Source: Candidatus Electronema halotolerans
Lineage (GTDB): Bacteria > Desulfobacterota > Desulfobulbia > Desulfobulbales > Desulfobulbaceae
Length of the DNA stretch: 32,000 nucleotides
Direction of reading: 5' to 3'
Assembly (NCBI GenBank): GCA_942493095.1
Contig: OW818675.1
Span: 2,970,001-3,002,000, forward strand
Under the pieces are notes generated by a model. It saw nothing but the letters and a program-made list of their open reading frames with translations, was not told the origin of the DNA and did no database searches. Positions 1 through 8,875 of this stretch are shown here, piece after piece (the first letter of the stretch is position 1; every line of letters starts with the position of its first letter). Both the position numbers and the translations under genes were made by a program.

Positions 1-485
1 CCCATATCAGCCCGCATGATCAGGGACTTGTCCTTATCGCCCTCTCTCAGGCTGACGACTGTTTTCTCGGCGATGAAAGGAGGCAGAACTGCTGCTGCGC
101 CGCCATCCAAGGTGAAGGTCATGGGCAGTTCTGCCGGATTGCTGACTGTGACTAACTCCATCAGCGGCGCAGCCTCTTTTTGCGCTGTCCGGTATTTTTT
201 CAGCTTGAAACTCTTCAGACCGCCGCCCTGCTCAAAAAAGACCGCCTTGTAGAGCGGTGTTTCCACGACAATGTCGCGGGCTTTAGGATCAACTGCCACG
301 ACCGGCGGAGCAGATTTGGCTGCGGCAGTCGGCGCAGGCTCAGACTGGACTGCCGGAGCGGCGGCCTGCTGGCTCTGCTGCTGTTCAGCAGGCGCAGGCG
401 GCTGGGGCGGCGTGAAAAAATACTGCCAGCCCAGCAGGATGAACATGGAAAGAATGATGGCCAATAAAGCCCGGTAGGTGTCCAT
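1..485 (-). CDS. yidC: Membrane protein insertase YidC, N-terminal part (gene continues past the window edge)
   Basis: Reverse strand from 485 reads MDTYRALLAIILSMFILLGWQYFFTPPQPPAPAEQQQSQQAAAPAVQ...VVAVDPKARDIVVETPLYKAVFFEQGGGLKSFKLKKY, open to the window edge. Absent from the ORF track because it has no stop inside the window. Sits in the conserved rpmH-rnpA-yidD-yidC order. Confidence 0.93.
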   Translation of the reverse strand, partial: MDTYRALLAIILSMFILLGWQYFFTPPQPPAPAEQQQSQQAAAPAVQSEPAPTAAAKSAPPVVAVDPKARDIVVETPLYKAVFFEQGGGLKSFKLKKYRTAQKEAAPLMELVTVSNPAELPMTFTLDGGAAAVLPPFIAEKTVVSLREGDKDKSLIMRADM

Positions 486-535
486 TATGCAGGTTCTGTT
501 GAAAAAAATGCCGGAATGGGAATCCGGCAGCGGAA

Positions 536-769
536 CTATTCCACAGGATCATAGCCGCCAGCGGCAAAAGGATGGCAGCGCAGGATGCGCCGCACCGCCA
601 GCAGGCTGCCCCGCAGCGCGCCGTGGCGGACCACAGCCTGCGCCGCATACTCAGAACAGGTGGGGATGTAGCGGCAGCAGGGCGGAAACAGCGGGGAAAT
701 GCAGAGCTGATAGCCCCGCACCAGCAGCAGGCAGAAGGCCGCTGCCAGACTATGGCTGCGGCTGCGCAT
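536..769 (-). CDS. yidD: Membrane protein insertion efficiency factor YidD
   Basis: [62 protein letters not shown]; classic YidD signature, synteny with rnpA and yidC. Confidence 0.95.
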   Translation of the reverse strand: MRSRSHSLAAAFCLLLVRGYQLCISPLFPPCCRYIPTCSEYAAQAVVRHGALRGSLLAVRRILRCHPFAAGGYDPVE

Positions 770-1115
770 GACTCTGCTCCGGCCTTCCGGTCAGCCGGGC
801 GACTGCGGCGCGGACAGCATCCATGCCTGTGAGGGAAAATTCAGGCCGCACCGCCACAACAATGTCGCTGGCCAGCGGAAATATCTGCCGGTGCAGGCGG
901 AAGGTTTCGCGGATGAGCCGTTTGATCCGATTGCGGCGCACCGCGCAGCCGGTTTTGCCCGGAACGCTGATGCCCAAACGGCTGTGCGGCAGCGCATTGG
1001 CAAGAAAAATCAACGCAAAACCGGAGCCGCGCAGCCGCCTGCCTTTTTGATAGACCAAGTTGTATTCTCTGGTCTTTCTGAGCAGACAGGATTTGGGCAG
1101 GGCGAACCGCTTCAT
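750..1115 (-). CDS. rnpA: Ribonuclease P protein component
   Basis: [30 protein letters not shown]...[18 protein letters not shown]; RnpA signature (RNRIKR..RE.FR). Located between rpmH and yidD. Confidence 0.93.
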   Translation of the reverse strand: MKRFALPKSCLLRKTREYNLVYQKGRRLRGSGFALIFLANALPHSRLGISVPGKTGCAVRRNRIKRLIRETFRLHRQIFPLASDIVVAVRPEFSLTGMDAVRAAVARLTGRPEQSHAQPQP

Positions 1116-1120
1116 GCGGT

Positions 1121-1258
1121 TCAGGCGGAGAGCCGCTTCCGTCCTTTGGCCCGCCGCCGCCGGATGATTGCCTGACCGGAGCGGGTTTTCATGCGGGCGC
1201 GGAAACCGTGGGTGCGGGCGCGTTTGATATTGCTGGGCTGAAAGGTTCTTTTGCTCAT
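1121..1258 (-). CDS. rpmH: 50S ribosomal protein L34
   Basis: Reverse strand 1258->1121 translates to [45 protein letters not shown], typical L34. Missing from the ORF track because it is short. Confidence 0.97.
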   Translation of the reverse strand: MSKRTFQPSNIKRARTHGFRARMKTRSGQAIIRRRRAKGRKRLSA

Positions 1259-1532
1259 GATGATTTCTGATGGGTCTGATTGATTGGATATCCAGCCTCT
1301 GTCCTCAGTGGAACTCCAGCTGGGCGGGCAATAGGTTCATGGACAGCAGAGGCTGCGGCATGTTGAAATGCGGGCAGACTGAGGCCGGTGCATTGATGTG
1401 AAGGGACATATTGTACTCAGCCGCCTTGCTGCTGTCAAATTATATTTTCCCTGTATTTCTTGCAGACTCCTGACCTTGCTGTCTCGTCAAGCGCAGGTCC
1501 GGCCCGCCTTCCTTGCTGCCGGACGCATGAAG

Positions 1533-2834
1533 TTATATGGAAAAATACGGGATGCCGTTCAGGCTTGAGGCTGTCTTCTGATTGATGCGCTGGATGCGCT
1601 GGGCCAGCAGTCTTGTCAAAAATAAAACATAATGCGGCTTTTCTTTGATCACCTGCACGAATTCTCGTTTTGAAACCTCTATCAGTCGGCCTTCTGTCTG
1701 CGCCCGCACGGTCGCGCTGCGATGATTGTTGAGCAGGAAGGACATCTCTCCCATGAACATGTCGTCAGAGTTGAGGCATGAGACAACTTTGCCATCCACA
1801 ACAACATCATATCGACCGCTGACGATGTAATAGAGATAACTGCTTGGCTCACCCTGATGAAATATAATTTCTCCCTCGCTGATCTTTCTTGCCTCAATAT
1901 TGACAAACAGGCTTGGGATCAGGCTGGATTCATCCTGATTGCAAACAAATTCAAAGGTGACAGAATTTCCTTTGTCATTATAGGATAAATTGCTGGTCAG
2001 GCTTCTGGTGATGATGATGCCGCGTCCGTTAGGCAGCTCAAGCGAGACATCAGTGAAGGAACGCCAGTCAAAACCTTGTCCTTCATCAGTAACATGAAAA
2101 TGAGCTATGAACGCATTGATGCTGTACTCGAACAAGACCCGCCTTTTTTTCACTTCCGGGTCAAGAACCCGCTCCTGAATCAGCTCATCAATCATTTTTC
2201 CATGCTGCAGGCATTGCGTTTTCTCCTCGAAACTGATATTGCAGTTTCCATGTTCAACGGCGTTGAGCAGCATTTCCGTCAGAGCGATCTGCAAATCCAT
2301 TTTCTTGGCTTTATCGATCCGCTTCGCATTAAAAAGGAAATTGCAGACAAGATTGGTGTAGCACTGCACTTCGAGCAGATCGTTTTTCAGCCGGAATGAG
2401 CCGGAGATATACTCCATAATATCCATGCTCAGACCGCGCTGAAAAAGAATGCGGCGGTTGTTGCGGATGATCGACATGATGGTCGAAAGAGACCGCTTGA
2501 TCTGCTTTCTGTCAACAATGACGATGATGTTGACCCCTTCGCCTTGAATTTTCTCAATGCGTTTCGCATCAGCGGCAGTTTCGCAAATTGCAATGATGCC
2601 GCTGTTGAGCAGCCAAGGGTCTTCCATCACCGCTTCCAGCAGGACAAAACTGTCAATGCCATCATCAGAGAAATTGACAAAGAGCAGCTCAGGAAGCTCA
2701 AAGTACATGTAGTACGCAGCTTCATAAGGATTGTCGATGCAGAAAACCTTGTCGCCGCAATCTTGCGCGCCAATATGCTTTGCCAGCAAATCGAACAGTC
2801 CTTCATCTGTTGTGACAACGCAATAATCAGCCAT
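1533..2834 (-). CDS. Multidomain signalling protein: N-terminal receiver-like region, RsbW/HATPase-type anti-sigma-like ATPase domain, C-terminal cyclic-nucleotide-binding domain
   Basis: Minus strand, although the ORF track says '+'. HATPase-like motifs LQIALTEMLLNAVEHGN and VTDEGQGFDW...LPNGRGIIITRSL; cNMP-binding-like SEGEIIFHQGEPSSYLYYIVSGRYDVVVDGK...MGEMSFLLNNHRSATVRA. Start at ATG 2834 chosen for the upstream AAAAGGAGGAGACT. Confidence 0.82.
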   Translation of the reverse strand: MADYCVVTTDEGLFDLLAKHIGAQDCGDKVFCIDNPYEAAYYMYFELPELLFVNFSDDGIDSFVLLEAVMEDPWLLNSGIIAICETAADAKRIEKIQGEGVNIIVIVDRKQIKRSLSTIMSIIRNNRRILFQRGLSMDIMEYISGSFRLKNDLLEVQCYTNLVCNFLFNAKRIDKAKKMDLQIALTEMLLNAVEHGNCNISFEEKTQCLQHGKMIDELIQERVLDPEVKKRRVLFEYSINAFIAHFHVTDEGQGFDWRSFTDVSLELPNGRGIIITRSLTSNLSYNDKGNSVTFEFVCNQDESSLIPSLFVNIEARKISEGEIIFHQGEPSSYLYYIVSGRYDVVVDGKVVSCLNSDDMFMGEMSFLLNNHRSATVRAQTEGRLIEVSKREFVQVIKEKPHYVLFLTRLLAQRIQRINQKTASSLNGIPYFSI

Positions 2835-2903
2835 AGTCTCCTCCTTTTGCAAGACTGAAATATTGATTTTTAAGCTGTGGCGGCAGCATGACGCGCTTGA
2901 AAT

Positions 2904-3401
2904 TCACGCTGGCTGACTTTGCCACTGCCAAGTCTCAATCGTGTATGGCACTGGCCCGGCAACTGCCTCGGTCTTGGTGAGCTGAAAGGGGGGAGAAGCA
3001 AAAGCGGGGAAGAACACGTCGCCTGGAAATTCCTGCTCAAGCCGGGACAGCAGCAGCGTGTCCGCCTGCGGCAGGGCCAGACGGAATATCTGCTCGCCGC
3101 CAATGATGAAGAGCTTGGCCGCCTGCCTGCGCCGGGCCGCAGCAATGCCGTCAGCCAGCGACAGAGCGACCTCGCCGCCTTGGGCCGTGAAACCGTTGTT
3201 GCGCGTCACCACAATGCTGTGCCGTCCAGGCAGGGCGCGGCCTATCGAATCCCACGTCTTCCGGCCCATGAGCAGACAGTGGCCCCAAGTAGTCTCCTTG
3301 AAGCGGGCCTGCTCGCCCGGTACCTGCCACGGAATGGTGTTGGTGCTCCTGCTGCCAATGACTCTGTTGGCAGCCACAGCGGCAATCAGAATCAGCTCCA
3401 T
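2904..3401 (-). CDS. folA: Dihydrofolate reductase
   Basis: MELILIAAVAANRVIGSRSTNTIPWQVPGEQARFKETTWGHCLLMGRKTWDSIGRALPGRHSIVVTRN...KLFIIGGEQIF; canonical DHFR motifs. Confidence 0.94.
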   Translation of the reverse strand: MELILIAAVAANRVIGSRSTNTIPWQVPGEQARFKETTWGHCLLMGRKTWDSIGRALPGRHSIVVTRNNGFTAQGGEVALSLADGIAAARRRQAAKLFIIGGEQIFRLALPQADTLLLSRLEQEFPGDVFFPAFASPPFQLTKTEAVAGPVPYTIETWQWQSQPA

Positions 3402-3404
3402 GCC

Positions 3405-5528
3405 CTATTCATCGTAGAGGCTGTCTCCGGCCCCGTCCTCCGGTAGGATTTCATCCGCATAGACCTCTGAAGCAGCCGAACCAACAGCCGGAATGCACTG
3501 CTGGCGCACCTTTTGATCAATTTCCAGCAGCATTTCAGGATGCTCCTTCAGGAACGTCTTTGAGTTCTCCCGGCCTTGACCGATGCGCTCGTCATTATAG
3601 GAATACCAAGCCCCACTCTTGTCAACGATCTTCCGATCCACTGCCAAATCAAGGAGATCTCCTGTCCGGGAAATGCCCTCGCCGTAGATGATGTCAAATT
3701 CGGATTCCTTGAAAGGCGGCGCAACCTTATTTTTGACCACCTTGACTCTGGTGCGGTTGCCGATCATCTCCTGCCCGTCCTTGATCTGGCCAATGCGGCG
3801 GATGTCAAGGCGCACCGAGCTGTAGAATTTGAGGGCATTGCCGCCAGTGGTGGTTTCTGGAGAGTTATGCACCACCACGCCGTCAACAAGATAGCAATGA
3901 TTGCCTTCCACTTCCAAGTCGAACCGGTTCATGTCTCTGGTTTCAGGTTTTTCATGGATATCGAGAATAGGCATAGGAACAGCTTTCAAGACACGCTGGG
4001 CAGTGCACTCGAACGGGACAAATTGCCCGCGTAACTTAGGCAATAGTTTGTATTCCATTGACGGATGCACGTAGGGAGCAATCATTGCATGAAATTTCGG
4101 CGTTTCCTGAACACCGAAATTGATCAAACCACGCGCCGTGAGCGTGGCCATGATTCCGCGCTGATGAAACCAGCGCACCAAAGCCTGCTGCTTCTCCAGC
4201 GAAAATCCCGCACAGCAAATTGAGCAGCGATTCTCCCGTTCACTGTCAAAAGTGCCATCATCCATATACCAAATGGCAACTGCAAGCGGAGTGAGATGAT
4301 CAATCAATGCCTGTGAGGGATTCTTACCAGTTTCGGCATAATTTTCTTGGCTCAGTTTGGTCAGTTCATACATTGGGATGGTATCAAAACTGTGACCGCC
4401 TCTCATATTTGTTGTCTCCGAGCCGATCAACCCCTCAAAAAGCGATTGTTTCCAAAGACAGTAAGCATCTTGAGCCTGACCATGTCCAATGCGAAGCGCA
4501 GTGTTGTAATCACTTACCTGTCGCAAACTACCATCTCCAAGAATAGAGCCAAACACGACTTCTTCCTGAACTGGCGAAAGATAGTGTTCAACCATTGTCA
4601 TCAAGCGATCACCAACCTTCAGTTCTCCTGCTGATTTGTATCCGTATTCGGAAAGCAGCAGATGATTAGTTGTGCAACCAAAGGTATGATGTCCATTGCC
4701 GCTGTTAGCATCCACTGTGAATTGGAGAAACAGCTCGGCGGGGCCGTTATTGAACCAGTTGACAATGCGGCGCGGCTCAAAGGCACCCGTTGTCACATCA
4801 TAGGATATGACTTCAAGAGGCATCTTCTGGTTGACAATTTTGCCTATTTTTTCTGTTGTGCCGTCAGCAAGCACCACCCGTGCGTTATAATGAAAGCATC
4901 CGAACATCACCCCGATTTTCATCCTGATCTGATTGATGAAAATCAACACCGTATTGGTTTTCTGAATCACGCTGGTGAACTTGCGCATGGCTTGAGACAT
5001 CAGCCGGGCTTGGAGGCCAACATGCATATCGCCGACATTGCCGTCAATCTCCGCTTTTGGCACTAAAGCTGCCACCGAGTCAATGACAATCACATCCAGC
5101 CCGCCGCTGCGCATGAGAATTTCGCAGATTTCCAGAGCCTGCTCGCCGAAATCCGGCTGTGAGACCAGCAGGTTGTCAACATCCACGCCCAATTTTTCCG
5201 CATAGGTGGTGTCAAGGGCATGTTCCGCGTCGATGAAGGCCGCATTGCCGCCTGCCCGCTGGGCCTCGGCAATGACGTGCAGGGCCAGCGTGGTCTTGCC
5301 GCTTGATTCCGGGCCGTAGATTTCCGTCACCCGCCCGCGAGGCAGGCCGCCCACGCCCAAGGCAAGGTCAATGCCCAAGGTGCCGGTGGAGATGACCGGA
5401 ATGTTGAGCCGCTCATGCTCGCCAAGGCGCATGATTGAGCCTTTGCCGAACTGCCGATGAATCTGGCTGATCGCGCTGTCAACGCTTTTCTGTCGTCCTT
5501 CCGCCTGTTTATCCTGGGTTGCTGCCAT
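3405..5528 (-). CDS. recA: Recombinase RecA precursor containing an in-frame intein
   Basis: Extein halves are canonical RecA ([30 protein letters not shown] ... [13 protein letters not shown] / [25 protein letters not shown]). ATG 5528 preferred: AGGAG lies 7 nt upstream. The track start (5552) is 8 codons further upstream. Confidence 0.97.
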   Translation of the reverse strand: MAATQDKQAEGRQKSVDSAISQIHRQFGKGSIMRLGEHERLNIPVISTGTLGIDLALGVGGLPRGRVTEIYGPESSGKTTLALHVIAEAQRAGGNAAFIDAEHALDTTYAEKLGVDVDNLLVSQPDFGEQALEICEILMRSGGLDVIVIDSVAALVPKAEIDGNVGDMHVGLQARLMSQAMRKFTSVIQKTNTVLIFINQIRMKIGVMFGCFHYNARVVLADGTTEKIGKIVNQKMPLEVISYDVTTGAFEPRRIVNWFNNGPAELFLQFTVDANSGNGHHTFGCTTNHLLLSEYGYKSAGELKVGDRLMTMVEHYLSPVQEEVVFGSILGDGSLRQVSDYNTALRIGHGQAQDAYCLWKQSLFEGLIGSETTNMRGGHSFDTIPMYELTKLSQENYAETGKNPSQALIDHLTPLAVAIWYMDDGTFDSERENRCSICCAGFSLEKQQALVRWFHQRGIMATLTARGLINFGVQETPKFHAMIAPYVHPSMEYKLLPKLRGQFVPFECTAQRVLKAVPMPILDIHEKPETRDMNRFDLEVEGNHCYLVDGVVVHNSPETTTGGNALKFYSSVRLDIRRIGQIKDGQEMIGNRTRVKVVKNKVAPPFKESEFDIIYGEGISRTGDLLDLAVDRKIVDKSGAWYSYNDERIGQGRENSKTFLKEHPEMLLEIDQKVRQQCIPAVGSAASEVYADEILPEDGAGDSLYDE
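3864..4898 (-). mobile_element. RecA intein (345 aa) with LAGLIDADG-type homing endonuclease motifs
   Basis: Insertion between MKIGVMFG and SPETTTGG. Starts with Cys ([19 protein letters not shown]), block B-like [10 protein letters not shown], endonuclease motifs [12 protein letters not shown] and [11 protein letters not shown], block [22 protein letters not shown], +1 residue Ser. Length 1035 nt = 345 codons. Confidence 0.95.
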
Positions 5529-5555
5529 TGTCATTCTCCTGTCATGGGTCAAAGC

Positions 5556-5572
5556 GGCAGCATTCTGCTGCC
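5556..5572. promoter_or_regulatory. Perfect inverted repeat GGCAGCA-TTC-TGCTGCC between the predicted recA promoter and its RBS (candidate operator or 5' UTR hairpin)
   Basis: Read directly: ggcagcattctgctgcc; 7-bp arms, 3-nt spacer. Confidence 0.45.
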
Positions 5573-5579
5573 AGAGCAG

Positions 5580-5609
5580 ATTGTATCAAAGCAACGGGAC
5601 TTGCGGCAA
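5580..5609 (-). promoter_or_regulatory. Candidate sigma70-type recA promoter
   Basis: Minus strand reads TTGCCG (5609..5604), 18-nt spacer, TACAAT (5585..5580), upstream of the recA start. Confidence 0.45.
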
Positions 5610-5999
5610 GATAATTTGCCGTGCTTCACCGCAGGCAACGGCATCCTATCGTTGCAGCAGCAAAGCATCTTATCTGAATTGTGGAAAAAATCTGAACGCA
5701 GATGGGAAATTCTTTTATGAGGGCGGCGGCCTGTTCATTGGCGCAGTCGCCTCTTCCGGCAAGGCAGGTCCGCCCAAGGCGATGCCTTGGGCTGATCTAT
5801 CGCAACCTTTTGGATTGGTGAAAAAAAATCTGAAGGAGTTCCGGTGCAAGTGAGCACGGAGCAGCACTCCCTCCAAACTTCGGCCAGCTCCCTGCTCTTC
5901 CCCATCATCCCCATCATCCCCATCATCCACATAGCCTTCCCCGCCGGGCGCACTTACAACTTGAATCCACACTCTTGGCAAGGAACTCTGGCTGCGCTG

Positions 6000-6908
6000 T
6001 CAAGCGGCTTCGCCGCGCTCCTCTTCCCGCAGGGTCTGGAAGGAATGAGGGTGCGTGAGGTTGAAGCTCTCTGTGCGCTGCAAATAGCCGGGATCAAATC
6101 CTTCCTTGCGGATGCGCTGAATCAGGCCGCCAAAGTCGGCAGCAGTCTTGACAAGGGTTGACTGCGCTGTCTTGGGCAGGGCATGATCCGAGACAATGCG
6201 TGAGCCGTGCTCTACTTCCTGCCCTTCGTCGTGCCTGTCAGTGTAATGCTGGGAAAGCACGACAATCCGGGTGCCAAGGAAGACCGCCTCCTCCAAGTCA
6301 TGAGTGACAAAGAAAATGGTCATGCCGAATTCCTCCCACAGCTCCAGCAGGAAGACCTGCATGTTCTCCCGTGAGCCAGGGTCGAGCGCGCCGAACGGCT
6401 CGTCCATGAGCAGGATTTTCGGCCTCATGATCAGCGACTGAGCAATGGCCACCCGCTGCCGCATCCCGCCGGACAGCTTGTGCGGATGCTTGCGCCAGTG
6501 CTCCTTCAAGCCGATTCGGGCCAAATAGCGCATGGCCTCGTCTTGAAATTCCTTCCTGCGCCGCCGCCATTCAAAAAAGCCGCAGGACAGGCGCGGGCCG
6601 ACCAGCACGTTGTCAAGCACGTTCAGGTGCGGAAACAGGGAATACTTCTGATAGACTATGCCCCGGCTGCGGTCAGCAAAGCCGCAGGGCTGGCCGTCAA
6701 TCAGCAGGGTGCCGGAGGTGGGCATCTCCTGTCCCAGCACGAGGCGGAGCAGGGTGGTCTTGCCGCAGCCGGACGGCCCGACCACGGTGACAATCTCGCC
6801 TTCAGCCACAGCCAGATCAATGTTGTCCAGCACCACCTTGCGGCCATAGCTCTTGCACACGTTCTGCAAAAACAGGCAGCTTGCACTGCGCAGTTCGTCC
6901 GGGTTCAT
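6000..6908 (-). CDS. ABC transporter ATP-binding protein (nitrate/sulfonate/taurine-type family)
   Basis: Walker A VGPSGCGKTTLLR, signature KLSGGMRQRVAIAQSL, Walker B ILLMDEPFGALD, H-loop FFVTHDLEEAVFL. Confidence 0.92.
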   Translation of the reverse strand: MNPDELRSASCLFLQNVCKSYGRKVVLDNIDLAVAEGEIVTVVGPSGCGKTTLLRLVLGQEMPTSGTLLIDGQPCGFADRSRGIVYQKYSLFPHLNVLDNVLVGPRLSCGFFEWRRRRKEFQDEAMRYLARIGLKEHWRKHPHKLSGGMRQRVAIAQSLIMRPKILLMDEPFGALDPGSRENMQVFLLELWEEFGMTIFFVTHDLEEAVFLGTRIVVLSQHYTDRHDEGQEVEHGSRIVSDHALPKTAQSTLVKTAADFGGLIQRIRKEGFDPGYLQRTESFNLTHPHSFQTLREEERGEAA

Positions 6909-7330
6909 AACTCTTTTTCAGCATGTTCAGCATCAAGGCTCAATGCGCCGGGGCCGTTGGCGATGATCATCAGCAGACCGCCAATAATTGACAGGTTCTT
7001 CATAAATGATTTCAGATGTTCCTGCATCTGCGCAGGCTCAGTGAAGGTCCAGAAATGATGAAAGTAATAGGTGCCTGAGATGGTGAAGATCAGGAGCAGC
7101 ACCGCCCCTGTCTTAGCTCTGAAACCGGCCATCAGCGACAGGCTGCCTGCGAGCAGGAACACGATTGCCCCGGCCAGCATGAACTTGGGAAACGGCACGC
7201 CTTCCTGCGCCATCTGTTCCGCCACATGCTGGAACTCTGGAATCTTGTTGCACAGCGCGGTCTGAAGAAAGACTGAGGCAAGCAGCATCCTGCCGATCAG
7301 GTTGATGATCCCTTGCATGGTCTGTCTCAT
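6905..7330 (-). CDS. DoxX-like family membrane protein
   Basis: Minus strand, although the ORF track says '+': reverse complement of 7330 downward is ATGAGACAGACCATGCAAGGGATCATC. INLIGRMLLASVFLQTALCNKIPEFQHVAEQMAQEGVPFPKFMLAGAIVFLLAGSLSLMAGF..., several hydrophobic segments; DoxX-like pattern. Overlaps the ATPase start by 4 nt. Confidence 0.7.
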   Translation of the reverse strand: MRQTMQGIINLIGRMLLASVFLQTALCNKIPEFQHVAEQMAQEGVPFPKFMLAGAIVFLLAGSLSLMAGFRAKTGAVLLLIFTISGTYYFHHFWTFTEPAQMQEHLKSFMKNLSIIGGLLMIIANGPGALSLDAEHAEKEL

Positions 7331-7336
7331 GTCTGT

Positions 7337-8170
7337 TCACTCCTGCGATTCCAAATACCACGCATAGCGCATCCTGAGCAGGAGACGCAGGAAAAAGTCA
7401 ACTGTCGCGCCGATCACGACAATCCAGAGGACGTAGGGAATGATGATATCCATAGCCAAGTAGCGGCGGACTAAGAAGATGCGGTAGCCAAGGCCTCTGG
7501 TGGCGGCAATCGCTTCCGCCGCAATAAGAAAAAGCCAAGCAGGCCCCATGCTGATCCGCACGGTCTGAATCAGGCGGGGCAGGATTTGCGGCAGGATGAT
7601 GCGGAAGGCAAGGCTGAACTGCGAGATGCCCAAGGTGCAGGCTTTGATGATCTGCTGGCGGGGAATCTTTTTCACGGCCAAATGGATGTCGCGGGTGATG
7701 AGGGGAAAGGTGCCGATGAAAATCAGCATCACCTTGGCCAGCTCATCCACGCCAAAAACAATGAAAAGAACTGGCAGAATGGCCAGCGGCGGGATGATCG
7801 AGACAAAGGTAAGAAAGGGAAAAAAGAGCTGCTCCATGCCGACAAAAAGGCCGAGGAAAAGACCGCAGAACAGGCCGCAGAAGGCTGATGCGCCCAAGCC
7901 GATGCCGATGCGCCGCAGGCTTGCGCCCGTATCTGTCCAGAGCTGATACTCGCCAGTGCGCTTGTTCTCCTCAAAGGCGGCCCGCTGCATGGCCGCAATC
8001 ATTTTGGAGGCGGGCGGCAGGAGCTTGTCTGAGGGATTTTCCCGATGGCGCAGGGTTGAAGCGGTGCCATAGACGATGATCAGGAGGAGAAAGGGGATCA
8101 GGGGCAGCAGCCAGCGCAGCCACGCAGGCGGCGAGGCATGAATGCCAAGGAATTTGGGTGGAGAAGACAT
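7337..8170 (-). CDS. ABC transporter permease (binding-protein-dependent transport inner membrane component)
   Basis: Multiple hydrophobic segments; VMLIFIGTFPLITRDIHLAVKKIPRQQIIKACTLGISQFSLAFRIILPQILPRLIQTVRISMGPAWLFLIAAE matches the SsuC/TauC-type EAA-loop pattern. Confidence 0.88.
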   Translation of the reverse strand: MSSPPKFLGIHASPPAWLRWLLPLIPFLLLIIVYGTASTLRHRENPSDKLLPPASKMIAAMQRAAFEENKRTGEYQLWTDTGASLRRIGIGLGASAFCGLFCGLFLGLFVGMEQLFFPFLTFVSIIPPLAILPVLFIVFGVDELAKVMLIFIGTFPLITRDIHLAVKKIPRQQIIKACTLGISQFSLAFRIILPQILPRLIQTVRISMGPAWLFLIAAEAIAATRGLGYRIFLVRRYLAMDIIIPYVLWIVVIGATVDFFLRLLLRMRYAWYLESQE

Positions 8171-8182
8171 GGCAGGGTTGGT

Positions 8183-8875
8183 TTAAAGCTGTTTGTGATC
8201 GAGCTGTTCGAGCCGCGACAGCCATTCAGCAAAATGAGGGCACTTCTCGCGAATTGCATTCAAGCCGATCAATTCAGCCACCTGCGGCCCTATGACAGAC
8301 TTTGCATATTTGTAATCAGGAAGCTGGGCGATGATGCGTTTGCTGGGAGCTGTTGCCAGGCCGTCATCAATCAGTTCCGGTGAGGCAAAGTCATCCGCAA
8401 TGGCTTGAAGTGCGGCAATTGCCTTTGCATCCTGCGGATAGAAAAGGGCAAATTGTGCAGGTTCAGCAAACAGACACGCCTCATACTCATGCAACTGGAC
8501 ATAAGGGACAAAGCGCGAATCGCCAATGTCATCGGCAAAAGCCTGCTCAAGCAGCGCAACACGTTCCACTGGTGAATTGCGCAGTCGTTCCGCCTCGTTC
8601 CAGCCGGGAAAATCATCAGGAAGGGCATAGAGGTCAATCATGGTGGTGAAAAACACATCATCAGCCTTTTCCTGAGCTGCAAAGCGCAGGATGTCAGCCT
8701 TGACCGGCGCGTACTTGAGTACGCCGCCCCGATGCACTTTGCCCCTTTTTCTTGCATGAGCGATGAGAATCGGCCCCTGCATGAACACTCCGAAAGCAGC
8801 AAGATACGGTTTGAGCACTGTGTCGGCAAAGGTCTGCTCTGTCTGCCCTTCGGCGAAAAGATACAGCCGGGCCAT
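8183..8875 (-). CDS. DUF4276-like / TOPRIM-like protein
   Basis: N-terminal LYLFAEGQTEQTFADTVLKPYL (EGxTE), TMIDLYALPDDFPG acidic motif, LHEYEACLFAEP. Start codon overlaps the stop of the upstream ATPase by 1 nt. Confidence 0.7.
   Translation of the reverse strand: MARLYLFAEGQTEQTFADTVLKPYLAAFGVFMQGPILIAHARKRGKVHRGGVLKYAPVKADILRFAAQEKADDVFFTTMIDLYALPDDFPGWNEAERLRNSPVERVALLEQAFADDIGDSRFVPYVQLHEYEACLFAEPAQFALFYPQDAKAIAALQAIADDFASPELIDDGLATAPSKRIIAQLPDYKYAKSVIGPQVAELIGLNAIREKCPHFAEWLSRLEQLDHKQL

Noticed and set aside
4307-5066. Plus-strand ORFs inside the intein region (4307..4546, 4347..4634, 4662..5066)
   Set aside because: Antisense to the continuous recA-intein ORF, with no recognisable motifs.
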